Shown here: positions 9,377 to 18,146 of the stretch, in pieces
Layout of the letters: each line of letters begins with the position of its first letter
How positions within the stretch are numbered: position 1 is the stretch's first letter
From: Bdellovibrionota bacterium
GTDB taxonomy: Bacteria; Bdellovibrionota; Bdellovibrionia; Bdellovibrionales; JAEYZS01
Reading direction: 5' to 3'
DNA: 47,273 bases
NCBI GenBank assembly: GCA_963169515.1
Contig: CAUJEF010000003.1
Coordinates: forward strand, 1-47,273
Position numbers and translations under genes: made by a program
Notes under the pieces: generated by a model
What the model was told of the DNA's origin: nothing
The model's database searches: none
The model's input: only the letters and a program-made list of their open reading frames with translations

Positions 9377-9943
9377 GTGAGCGATACAGAACAAGGCGAA
9401 AAACCAGACGATCAACAAAAAAACGAGTCGGATTCTATCGATATCGATGCGCTAAAAACCGAGTTGGATAAATGGAAAAATGATTTTTTATATCTTAAGG
9501 CAGAATTTGAGAATTTTAAAAAACGCTCAATTAAAGAGCGCTCAGATCTTATAAAATATGGTGGCGAATATGCTTTTATTGGAATTCTCGCCGTTCTTGA
9601 TAATTTCGACCGCGCACTGAAAGTAAGTTCCGAGGAAGGAAGCTTTAAAAGTTTAAAGGACGGCGTTGAGCTGATCGCAAAGGAGTTTCGATCTGTACTT
9701 CAACAATATGGGGTTACAGAGATTCCGGCACAGGGCGCAAGGTTTGATCCTGCCCTTCATGATGCCGTTGGTAGCGCAAACAGCGACACTGTCGCAGAAG
9801 GATATGTCGCGTCAGTCGTAAAAACCCCTTACAAATTCCACGACAAAATCATACGTGCTGGGCAGGTTATTGTATCTCTCGGCCCCAAAAAAGGCGAAAA
9901 AGAAACCTCCTCTGAAGCCACGCCTGACGACAACGCCAAATAA
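9377..9943 (+). CDS. grpE: Nucleotide exchange factor GrpE
   Basis: Coiled-coil N-terminus ([20 protein letters not shown]) and a GrpE beta-domain (FDPALHDAV). The track ORF starts at 9344, but the GTG at 9377 is preceded by AGGAG at 9367-9371, so I prefer it as the start. Confidence 0.9.
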   Translation: MSDTEQGEKPDDQQKNESDSIDIDALKTELDKWKNDFLYLKAEFENFKKRSIKERSDLIKYGGEYAFIGILAVLDNFDRALKVSSEEGSFKSLKDGVELIAKEFRSVLQQYGVTEIPAQGARFDPALHDAVGSANSDTVAEGYVASVVKTPYKFHDKIIRAGQVIVSLGPKKGEKETSSEATPDDNAK

Positions 9944-9945
9944 TT

Positions 9946-10902
9946 ATGGCAAAGGGCAATTACTACGATATTTTAGGTGTGTCCAAGGGCGCTTCCGATG
10001 AAGAGATCAAAAAAGCGTTTCGCAAGCTCGCAATGAAATATCACCCGGATAAAAACCCAGGAAACAAGCCCGCCGAAGAGAAGTTTAAAGAAATCAATGA
10101 GGCATATGAAACATTGAGTGATTCAAAAAAGAAATCTCTGTACGACCAGTTTGGCACAGGCCAGTTCTCATACAGCCAGGGCAGCCGCGGAGCCGATCCG
10201 TTTGCCGAAATGTTTCGCCGCAGTCGTGGGGCTGGAGGCGGATTTGAAAGAGATTCTTTCCAGGGTGTATTTTCTGATCTTTTTGGAGATTTCTTTACGG
10301 GTGAGCACGCAGAAGAGCGCGAGCGGCCCTCTTCGGGCAGCAATTTAAAATATAATCTAACTATCACGCTAGAAGACGTTGCTACCGGAACCGACAGAAC
10401 AATTAGTTTTCTGAGAAAACGAAATGGAAAAGATACTCCAGCAAAGATATCTGTCAAAGTTCCGGCTGGCGTTGTACAAGATCAAAATTTAAAAATAAAA
10501 GGCGAAGGCGACGAGGGCTCTGCTGGACGCTTTGGTGATTTGTACGTTGTCATTAATATCGCCGCCCATCCTCTGTATGAAACAAAAAATTCAGATCTAT
10601 GGTTAGAGCTACCGATTTCTTTTAAAACAGCGACTTTGGGCGGCACGGCCGAAGTTCCTACGTTAACCGGAAAGGTCGAGCTGAAAATCCCCGAGGGCAC
10701 CCCCTCGGGTCAAGTTTTCAGGCTTCGCGACAAGGGCCTCCCCTCTGTGAAAGGCTCCGGAAAGGGCTCTCTTTTTGTTAAAGTTTTAATTGATGTTCCC
10801 GTGACGATGTCATCAAATCTAAAAGATGCCATAAAAGATATCGACCCCAAAAACGGAAAGCTTCAAAAGGATTTTGAAGAGAAGATGAGAAGGAAAAAAT
10901 AA
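9946..10902 (+). CDS. J-domain co-chaperone, class II (CbpA/DnaJ-like, no zinc-finger domain)
   Basis: J domain [32 protein letters not shown] with the HPD motif, a G/F-rich linker and DnaJ C-terminal beta-domains. There are no CxxCxGxG repeats. Confidence 0.85.
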   Translation: MAKGNYYDILGVSKGASDEEIKKAFRKLAMKYHPDKNPGNKPAEEKFKEINEAYETLSDSKKKSLYDQFGTGQFSYSQGSRGADPFAEMFRRSRGAGGGFERDSFQGVFSDLFGDFFTGEHAEERERPSSGSNLKYNLTITLEDVATGTDRTISFLRKRNGKDTPAKISVKVPAGVVQDQNLKIKGEGDEGSAGRFGDLYVVINIAAHPLYETKNSDLWLELPISFKTATLGGTAEVPTLTGKVELKIPEGTPSGQVFRLRDKGLPSVKGSGKGSLFVKVLIDVPVTMSSNLKDAIKDIDPKNGKLQKDFEEKMRRKK

Positions 10903-12848
10903 TGTTAAAGAAAACCTTGGGTGCGCTCATTTGTATTTTATTGACCACTCATTGCACGACCACAATGAGACGGAAGGAGCGGCCCGTTGTTGCAGATGAA
11001 CGCCTTACGAAAGTTTACCTCGCGGCAAGAAAAGGCCTGGCCAAAGACAATGTGGGCTCTATCTCTGATTTAAAAAGGATCATTTCAGACTTTTCAACCT
11101 CTGAGCTTGCTGTACCCGCGGCAATGTTGCTCGCCGACTATTATTTTGAAAAAAGCAAGTTTGTCGACTCTCTTGCTAACTACAAATTTGTAATAGTGAA
11201 TGATTTTTACACCTCGCGAGAAGTCGAGGCCGTAAATAAATCAATCAATATATATAATCTTTTGAATGAGAAAAACAAAGCCCTGGAGCTTGTTAACGAT
11301 GTTTTAAAAAATACGGATATGCCCGTTCAAAACAAAAAAATATATTTAACGCTAAAATATGAAATGTCTGAAGAGCTTTTGACACCGGTGGACCAACTTA
11401 AGCTATTGGCATCGCTGCATGAAATATCAGAGGGGCAAGAAAGAACCAATGTCGCCCTTAAGGCCATGAATATCGTGGAAGGAAAAATAAAAACTGAGGA
11501 TCTGGATGATGTCATAAGCGACGGCACCCTGTCCTTCATTCACGCTCCCATTGCCTTTCGGCTTGCAAACATCGCCTTTGATAGATCTGATTTTGGAAAT
11601 GCGCGGTACTATTTAAATCGCGTGATCAGTCTTCAGCCGGAAAGTGATATCGCGGAACGATCTCAGGATATGCTTACGCAAATTTCTGCACGAGAGACCG
11701 TCAATCCAAAATCGATTGGTATCATTCTGCCCTTGAGTGGGAAATATGAAAGCATGGGCAAAAGCGTTTTATATTCGATCGAGTATGCCCTGGACCTTTA
11801 TGGCGGCAAAAGCACTCCTTTTAAACTCTCAATCATAGATAGCGAAGGAAAAGGGAGCGTCGCACAGCGTGGCGTGGAAAAACTCGTAATCGAAGACAAT
11901 GTAATTGCCATTGTTGGGAGCCTTCTAAGCAAAACGGCCGCAGCCGTGGCTTCAAAGTCTCAAAGCTTGGGTGTCCCCACCGTTGTGTTGTCTCAAAAAG
12001 CGGACATTACTGAGGCTGGTGAATTTATTTTTAGAAATGCTCTTACTGGAAAAATGCAGGCTCAATATCTTGTAAAAAATGCAATGGAAAAAAATGGCGT
12101 AACACGCTTCGCAATTCTCTACCCGAACGACGCCTATGGCGTAGAATACGCAAATTTATTTTGGGATGAGGTTGTTGCAAATGGTGGCCGCGTAACGGCT
12201 GCGCAATCTTACAGTCCGTCAGAAACGGACTTCCGAAAGTCTGTGCAGCGCTTGGTCGGCACGTACTACATCGATGACCGCGACGTAGAGTATGGTTTGC
12301 AACTTAAAGATTGGTATTTGAAACAACCAAACAGATCTGCGCGCAAGAAAATTCCAGAAGATATTCTTCCGCCCGTTGTAGATTTCGAGGCGCTCTTTAT
12401 ACCTGATAGCGCAAAGGCCTTGGGTCAGATTTCAGCAATGCTTGCATACAATGACGTTACAGATTTGATGTTTTTGGGCACAAACCTGTGGAATACTCCA
12501 GCGATTGGACATCGTGTGGGCAAATTTATGCGCTCTTCATTGTTTGTGGATAGTTTTTACCAAGAAGATACGCAGTTTAAAGACTCTGCCTTCGTTAAAA
12601 ACTTCCGCCGCACTTTTGGGCGAGAGCCCTCTGTTTTTGACGTTCAAGCCTATGACTCTGCATTGCTATTAAAATCCATATTAAAGTCTGGGGCAGACAC
12701 TCGTCGCTCTGTACAGCAGAGGCTTTCTGACTCAAAGGAATTTTCTGGCGCTTTGGGCGACATAAGCGTCCTCCCAAACAGGGAGATGACTCAAACCATT
12801 GTCCCTCTCACGCTCTCTGCCGAAGGCCAAATTATACGAGCGCAGTAA
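10902..12848 (+). CDS. Exported TPR plus type-1 periplasmic-binding-fold protein (LivK/LpoA-like; putative lipoprotein)
   Basis: 648 aa. Signal sequence [18 protein letters not shown]. The N-terminal ~250 aa look helical and repeat-like. The C-terminal ~380 aa resemble Leu/Ile/Val-binding-type periplasmic binding proteins (IGIILPLSGKYESMGK, AIVGSLLS). The start shares 1 nt with the upstream stop. Confidence 0.6.
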   Translation: MLKKTLGALICILLTTHCTTTMRRKERPVVADERLTKVYLAARKGLAKDNVGSISDLKRIISDFSTSELAVPAAMLLADYYFEKSKFVDSLANYKFVIVNDFYTSREVEAVNKSINIYNLLNEKNKALELVNDVLKNTDMPVQNKKIYLTLKYEMSEELLTPVDQLKLLASLHEISEGQERTNVALKAMNIVEGKIKTEDLDDVISDGTLSFIHAPIAFRLANIAFDRSDFGNARYYLNRVISLQPESDIAERSQDMLTQISARETVNPKSIGIILPLSGKYESMGKSVLYSIEYALDLYGGKSTPFKLSIIDSEGKGSVAQRGVEKLVIEDNVIAIVGSLLSKTAAAVASKSQSLGVPTVVLSQKADITEAGEFIFRNALTGKMQAQYLVKNAMEKNGVTRFAILYPNDAYGVEYANLFWDEVVANGGRVTAAQSYSPSETDFRKSVQRLVGTYYIDDRDVEYGLQLKDWYLKQPNRSARKKIPEDILPPVVDFEALFIPDSAKALGQISAMLAYNDVTDLMFLGTNLWNTPAIGHRVGKFMRSSLFVDSFYQEDTQFKDSAFVKNFRRTFGREPSVFDVQAYDSALLLKSILKSGADTRRSVQQRLSDSKEFSGALGDISVLPNREMTQTIVPLTLSAEGQIIRAQ

Positions 12849-12979
12849 CTCTGTCGAAGGTCCTGATTGTCTATAGCTTTTGACCAAATAATTTTAAAAC
12901 TTGATACTATTAACCAAAGATGTGGGCGCCCTTGTCATAGGTCTACTTGTAAACAAAAAGCGTCACGCTTGGGGGGGTT

Positions 12980-13354
12980 ATGAGGCATTCAAAAGAACTA
13001 ATACTCGAATGCAAAAAAATATTGTTAGAAACAAAGGCTGATTTGTTAAACAGGGCTAAGAACACAAAAGGAAATCTTTCTGCGTTTGCTGATGACAAGG
13101 GGGGCGACGAAGGCGACCAAACCGTGCGTTTGCTGGCAGAATCTGACGCTGTTGCAAACCAAGAGCGCATTCGCTTTATGCTTGTGGAAATTGAAAATGC
13201 CTTGATGAGAATTGAAAACTCAAAGTTTGGAATCTGTGAAGAAACAGAAGAACTAATTGAACCAGATCGTCTGCTCGCCATCCCATGGACTCGCCTCAGC
13301 ATAGAGGGTGCAGAAATTCGCGAAGCTATGCAAAAACGGTATGTTCAAAAATAA
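12980..13354 (+). CDS. DksA/TraR-family RNA polymerase-binding protein, zinc-finger cysteines largely lost (paralogue 1)
   Basis: 124 aa. Acidic tip motif D43-E-G-D46-Q-T (compare DksA DxxDxA). The C-terminal FGICEETEELIEPDRLLAIPWTRLSIEG aligns to the DksA CxxC-x17-CxxC region but keeps only the first Cys. A G-rich Shine-Dalgarno sequence lies upstream. Confidence 0.7.
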   Translation: MRHSKELILECKKILLETKADLLNRAKNTKGNLSAFADDKGGDEGDQTVRLLAESDAVANQERIRFMLVEIENALMRIENSKFGICEETEELIEPDRLLAIPWTRLSIEGAEIREAMQKRYVQK

Positions 13355-13415
13355 TTGACTTCGTTTGTGCTTGGGCCTAATTCCTACCCAGTGAAACATC
13401 TTGAGGGGAATAATA

Positions 13416-13763
13416 ATGGACGCGTTTTCTGTCGTCGAATCATGTAAAAAAAAATTGTTATCATACAAACAAGATCTGTTGAATAGCCTGAGCCACTCGC
13501 CCCCAGATTATTCTGCAGAGCCCACTGGAGATTTCGGAGATCAAAACATGAGAACGCAAAAAGAAAATGAGTGGATTGCTTTGCAGTCTCGTTTTCGCGC
13601 TCAACTTTTTGAGATTGAAGCGGCCCTTTCTCGTATAGATAATGGCAGTTATGGAACCTGTGAAGAAACTGGAGGCCCTATCGAACCTAGACGCCTGTTG
13701 ACTATTCCGTGGACAAGGGTCAGCGTCGAGGGCGCAATTTCAAGAGAACTTGATCATCATTAA
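13416..13763 (+). CDS. DksA/TraR-family RNA polymerase-binding protein, zinc-finger cysteines largely lost (paralogue 2)
   Basis: The track ORF starts at TTG 13401. The ATG at 13416 is preceded by GAGGGG at 13403-13408. Tip motif DFGDQN. The C-terminal YGTCEETGGPIEPRRLLTIPWTRVSVEG again has one Cys. Confidence 0.7.
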   Translation: MDAFSVVESCKKKLLSYKQDLLNSLSHSPPDYSAEPTGDFGDQNMRTQKENEWIALQSRFRAQLFEIEAALSRIDNGSYGTCEETGGPIEPRRLLTIPWTRVSVEGAISRELDHH

Positions 13764-13880
13764 GGCATCTTCCTAGACCTTTAGCTATCACATAAAAATC
13801 GTCAAAAATTTTGCTTCAGCCCCCCTCTACAGGCTCCGAAGAGCTCTGTAAGAGTATAGAGCCCATTTGGAGGTTTCAGT

Positions 13881-16298
13881 ATGAATTTTGACGACAAAGC
13901 TCTCGATATACCAGACAGTCTGCCGCTGTTGCCTGTCCGAGATATCGTTGTATTTCCCTACATGATTTTGCCGTTATTCGTAGGAAGAGAGTCTTCGATT
14001 AAAGCCGTGGAGGAATCGCTAGCAAAAAATCGCTTTATTTTTCTTGCCTCCCAAAAAGAACTAACCGAAGAAAATCCAAACCCAAATACAATATATGAAG
14101 TTGGTACCATCGCAATGATTATGCGCATGAGAAAGCTTGCCGACGGACGCGTAAAAATTTTAATTCAAGGCGTTGCCAAAGGACGTGTAAAAAAATTCAC
14201 TAAAACAAACCCCAGCTTTGTCGTTGAGGTTGAAAAAATTGAAGAACATCAGGTAAAGCTTCCAGATCTTGAGGTTGAAGCAATTGTTCGAAATGTAAAA
14301 GAACAATTAGAAAAAATTATTGCCCATGGAAAAATGCTATCACCGGATATTCTGCTTGTATTAGACGAGGTCAGCGACCCTGGCCGCCTTGCCGATCTTA
14401 TCGCAAGCAATCTTGGGCTTAAAGTTTCTGACGCACAAAAAATTCTAGAAAATTATGACCACAGAAAACGATTAAAGCTTGTAAATGAACTTCTTACTAA
14501 TGAGCTTGAAGTGCTACAAATGCAGGCGAAAATTCGCAACAATGCAAAAGAAGAGATGACCAAGTCGCAAAAAGAATACTTTTTACGCGAGCAATTGCGC
14601 GCTATTAAAAACGAACTCGGAGAATCGGATGCAAAGCAAGAAGAAGCAGACGAGTTGCGCGAAAAAGTTATCGCGGCAGGAATGCCCACAGAAGTAGAGA
14701 CAGAGGCCTTGAAGCAGCTTGCCCGCCTAGAGCGAATGCATCCAGATGCCAGTGAAGCATCTATGCTTCGAACCTACCTTGATTGGCTGATCGATCTTCC
14801 GTGGTCCAGCAAAACAGATGACAATCTTGATCTTAAACACGCAAAAACTATCTTGGATGAAGATCATTATGATTTAGAAAAGATAAAAGACCGTATTTTG
14901 GAATTCTTGGCTGTAAGGCAACTTAAAAAAGATATGAAAGGTCCAATCCTTTGTTTCAATGGCCCTCCGGGAGTAGGAAAAACCTCTCTGGGGAAAAGTA
15001 TCGCGCGGGCAATGGGTCGAGAATATTTCCGGGTAGCTCTCGGTGGCGTGAAAGACGAAGCAGAAATTCGCGGTCATCGTCGAACTTACGTTGGTGCAAT
15101 GCCAGGAAAAATTATTCAAGCTCTTCGCCAAGTAAAAACAAAAAACCCCGTTTTCGTTCTGGACGAGATTGACAAATTAGGCAGCGACTTTCGTGGAGAT
15201 CCAAGCGCGGCCATGCTTGAGGTTCTTGATCCGGAACAAAACTCTACATTTAGAGATAATTATCTTAATGTTGACTATGATTTGAGCAATGTTTTATTTA
15301 TTGCAACCTCTAATATGATTGACCGAATTCCGCCAGCACTAAAAGATCGTATGGAAATCATCAATTTGCCTGGATATACAGAACAGGAAAAAGTCGTCAT
15401 CGCTAAAAAGCATCTCGTTCAACGCCAACTAGATTCAAATGGCGTAACCGACAAAAATGTGGACTTTACGGATGATGGATTAATGACAATCATCGGAAAC
15501 TATACCCGAGAATCTGGCGTTCGCAATCTAGAGCGCGAAATTGGGAGCATTTGCAGAAAAGTTGCAAAAAATGTTGTCCTTGGAGATAGCAAAAAAGTCA
15601 CCGTGACACACAAGGTTGCTGAAGACTTACTTGGTCCGGCTCGCTTTGTACGAGACGAAGACGCAGGAAAAAACCGCATTGGAATTGCAACAGGTCTTGC
15701 GTGGACCTCTGTTGGCGGCGAAGTACTCTTTGTTGAGGCCATTAATATGAAGGGCAATGGTAAGATAACTCTTACTGGCCAAATGGGCGACGTGATGAAA
15801 GAATCTGCAACTGCCGCCCATTCTTATGCAAAGGCCCATATGGGAGAGCTCGGCATACCCGACAAATGGTTTGAAGAAAATGATTTGCATATTCACATAC
15901 CAGAAGGCGCCACTCCGAAAGACGGACCTTCGGCCGGCATTACAATGGCCACCTCGTTGATCAGCCTACTCACAGGTATACCCGTTCGCTCAGACGTTGC
16001 GATGACGGGAGAAGTAACGTTGACGGGACGGGTTTTGCCGATTGGCGGATTAAGAGAAAAGGCCCTTGCCGCACTTCGCGCAAAAATAAAAGACGTCGTC
16101 ATTCCGTTTCAAAATATAAAAGACCTTCAGGACATTCCAGATGAGTTTAGGAGAAAGCTTAATTTCTTGCCCGTAAAACATTTGTCTGAAGTATTAGACA
16201 TTGCCCTGGAAAGAAAATTGAAAACTAAACTTAAGAAAGGGACTACCCCTGGCGGCGGTGTAAAGCCCCCTAAGGTTGCAGCAGAGGGCGCCGCTTAA
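13881..16298 (+). CDS. lon: ATP-dependent Lon protease (LonA type)
   Basis: 805 aa. Lon N-domain (LPLLPVRDIVVFPYMILPLFVGRE), Walker A GPPGVGKTS, and a proteolytic domain with the catalytic PKDGPSAG serine motif. GGAGG Shine-Dalgarno at 13869-13873. Confidence 0.95.
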   Translation: MNFDDKALDIPDSLPLLPVRDIVVFPYMILPLFVGRESSIKAVEESLAKNRFIFLASQKELTEENPNPNTIYEVGTIAMIMRMRKLADGRVKILIQGVAKGRVKKFTKTNPSFVVEVEKIEEHQVKLPDLEVEAIVRNVKEQLEKIIAHGKMLSPDILLVLDEVSDPGRLADLIASNLGLKVSDAQKILENYDHRKRLKLVNELLTNELEVLQMQAKIRNNAKEEMTKSQKEYFLREQLRAIKNELGESDAKQEEADELREKVIAAGMPTEVETEALKQLARLERMHPDASEASMLRTYLDWLIDLPWSSKTDDNLDLKHAKTILDEDHYDLEKIKDRILEFLAVRQLKKDMKGPILCFNGPPGVGKTSLGKSIARAMGREYFRVALGGVKDEAEIRGHRRTYVGAMPGKIIQALRQVKTKNPVFVLDEIDKLGSDFRGDPSAAMLEVLDPEQNSTFRDNYLNVDYDLSNVLFIATSNMIDRIPPALKDRMEIINLPGYTEQEKVVIAKKHLVQRQLDSNGVTDKNVDFTDDGLMTIIGNYTRESGVRNLEREIGSICRKVAKNVVLGDSKKVTVTHKVAEDLLGPARFVRDEDAGKNRIGIATGLAWTSVGGEVLFVEAINMKGNGKITLTGQMGDVMKESATAAHSYAKAHMGELGIPDKWFEENDLHIHIPEGATPKDGPSAGITMATSLISLLTGIPVRSDVAMTGEVTLTGRVLPIGGLREKALAALRAKIKDVVIPFQNIKDLQDIPDEFRRKLNFLPVKHLSEVLDIALERKLKTKLKKGTTPGGGVKPPKVAAEGAA

Positions 16299-16301
16299 TC
16301 T

Positions 16302-16718
16302 TTATTTTTTAAGGCGCTCGTTTTCAGATTCAAGAACTCGAACAAGCGTTTTAAGGTCTGCCACTTCTTCTCTTAACATACAGATTTGTTCTTCTCGCTC
16401 GTGAAGAATTTGCGTGTACGCTTTTTTTAATTCTTCAAGCATTTTTGCCGCGGCAGAAAAGCCAAGCTCTTGCGTTCTTTCGGTATGAGTGAGAAAGCTA
16501 GTCGGCGGCTTCGCCGTTTCTACAGCTTTTTTTAAAGCATCTTTTTGAGTATTCATCCGCGAAGGCCTTACGGTGTCGTTCCTGTTGCCCAGGATAAAAT
16601 ACTTGCCGCCTTCTTCTACAAAATCTATGGCTCGGTCTTTAATCCTTCGCCTCAAAGTGGATATGCTTACGCCGTACTGATTTGAATACTCAATTAGTGA
16701 AAACCTGTGCTCATCCAT
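16302..16718 (-). CDS. Excisionase/MerR-like HTH DNA-binding protein with C-terminal coiled coil
   Basis: 138 aa. The N-terminal SLIEYSNQYGVSISTLRRRIKDRAIDFVEEGGKYFI looks like an HTH_17-type wing-helix. The C-terminal ~50 aa form a heptad-like coil (LREEVADLKTLVRVLESENERLKK). A GAAGG Shine-Dalgarno lies 7 nt upstream of the ATG. Confidence 0.6.
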   Translation of the reverse strand: MDEHRFSLIEYSNQYGVSISTLRRRIKDRAIDFVEEGGKYFILGNRNDTVRPSRMNTQKDALKKAVETAKPPTSFLTHTERTQELGFSAAAKMLEELKKAYTQILHEREEQICMLREEVADLKTLVRVLESENERLKK

Positions 16719-16922
16719 TTAATTTACCTTCAGTTGCTCTTTTGATGATAGATCAGGCAATTCTAGCACGAAAAATAGGCCTGTAAACACCAAATACTGG
16801 GCCTTCGTTGAGTATTCACAAAAATCGCCCCCTCTCTGCGCATGGATTCTAACTATCGATAAAAAGGCCTGTTTTTCACTATTTAACTTTGGCTTTTTAT
16901 TTTCTGTTATTATCATAGAGCT

Positions 16923-18119
16923 ATGCGCATAGATCTTAAGAATAAGCGTAATCCCGCGCTTGTATTAAGCGGGGGAGGCATTAAGGCAGCGGCCTTCCAT
17001 ATCGGCGTTTGTCTTGCTTTAAGCGAAAAAGGATTTCATTTCCAAGGCGGCTTGAACTCTGACCCTGATGATCTTCATTTTTTACCAAACTTAACATTTA
17101 GAACATTTGTTGGATCGAGCGCAGGCTCTATCATCAGCGCAATACTTGCCGCAGGATACAGTGTTGAGGATTTAATCAAAGCACATCAAATGGGGATCCG
17201 AAGTAAAAATTTTAATGAAAAAAAGACGGCCTTAAAGCCTCTTACTTATTGGGACATTTTTTCCCTGAACAGTCCAGGGTTCTTGAAGGCCGTCCCCGTG
17301 GGGCTTAGAAAAAAATGGCTAATTACAGGTGGAATAGAAGCGTTTTTGAAGGCCGGCTTTAAACTCAACGGAATGTTTCGAGCCAATGGAATTGAAAAAT
17401 ACTTTAGAACGAATGTTTTAAAGAAAAATTCTTTTAAAGACTATCGGTCACAGCTTTTTATTGTGGCCAGCGAATTGAATAACTCTAGAAAAGTTATTTT
17501 TGGTCCCGTTAAAGAATCTTCTATAAACTCTAGATTTCGCTACATCAACGACTGCAATATCAGTGATGCGATTGCCGCGTCTATTAGCCTTCCCCCTGTT
17601 TTTGCCCCCTACTGCATAAAAGACAAAAAGGGGAATGAAGAGTATTTTTTTGACGGCGAGATTCGCGATACACTTTCTACTCATGTCGCGGCCGATGTTG
17701 GATGTGATCTTGTTGTTGCAAGCTATTCAACACAGCCCTATCACTACAATGAAAAAATGGGCAGCTTGCATAAATACGGAATCCCTGTCGTTCTGAATCA
17801 AGCTCTTTATCTTGTAATCCAACAAAAAATTGAAGCTCACATTAACCATCAAGAAAACTTGCGTTCAGTAATCGCCGCCATAGAGGGATACTTCAAGCAG
17901 GCAAGCCTGCCAGAAGAACACAGACATAAAATGGTCGAAATAATTGAACGGAATTTGCAGTTTAGGAAAAACGTCGACTATATCTATATTCATCCTGACC
18001 CAAAAGATTATGAATTCTTTTTTATCGACCACTTCAGCCTGAGCTCGTCCATTTTAGAAAAAACAGTTAGAATTGGATTTAAATCAGCAATCCGAACCCT
18101 AAGACACTATAACTTGTAA
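16923..18119 (+). CDS. Patatin-like phospholipase family protein
   Basis: 398 aa. Oxyanion-hole motif LSGGGIKAAAF, nucleophile elbow GSSAGS (GxSxG), and a catalytic Asp motif FFDGEIRD (DGx). Confidence 0.85.
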   Translation: MRIDLKNKRNPALVLSGGGIKAAAFHIGVCLALSEKGFHFQGGLNSDPDDLHFLPNLTFRTFVGSSAGSIISAILAAGYSVEDLIKAHQMGIRSKNFNEKKTALKPLTYWDIFSLNSPGFLKAVPVGLRKKWLITGGIEAFLKAGFKLNGMFRANGIEKYFRTNVLKKNSFKDYRSQLFIVASELNNSRKVIFGPVKESSINSRFRYINDCNISDAIAASISLPPVFAPYCIKDKKGNEEYFFDGEIRDTLSTHVAADVGCDLVVASYSTQPYHYNEKMGSLHKYGIPVVLNQALYLVIQQKIEAHINHQENLRSVIAAIEGYFKQASLPEEHRHKMVEIIERNLQFRKNVDYIYIHPDPKDYEFFFIDHFSLSSSILEKTVRIGFKSAIRTLRHYNL

Positions 18120-18146
18120 AAGTTCCTGTCACCGCGATTCAAATGG

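Noticed and set aside
16719-16916. A 65-aa minus-strand ORF that exactly fills the divergent intergenic region between the HTH gene and the patatin gene. Its stop abuts the HTH start, and its start is 6 nt from the patatin start.
   Set aside because: There is no Shine-Dalgarno sequence upstream of its ATG, and the sequence is unremarkable. If real, it would leave no promoter space for the patatin gene. It is most likely a chance ORF in a regulatory region.
16923-18119. The patatin-like lipase considered as a CBASS (CapV-type) or other anti-phage effector.
   Set aside because: There is no CD-NTase or cyclase, SAVED/STING sensor or other defence partner adjacent. The neighbours are lon and nuo housekeeping genes.
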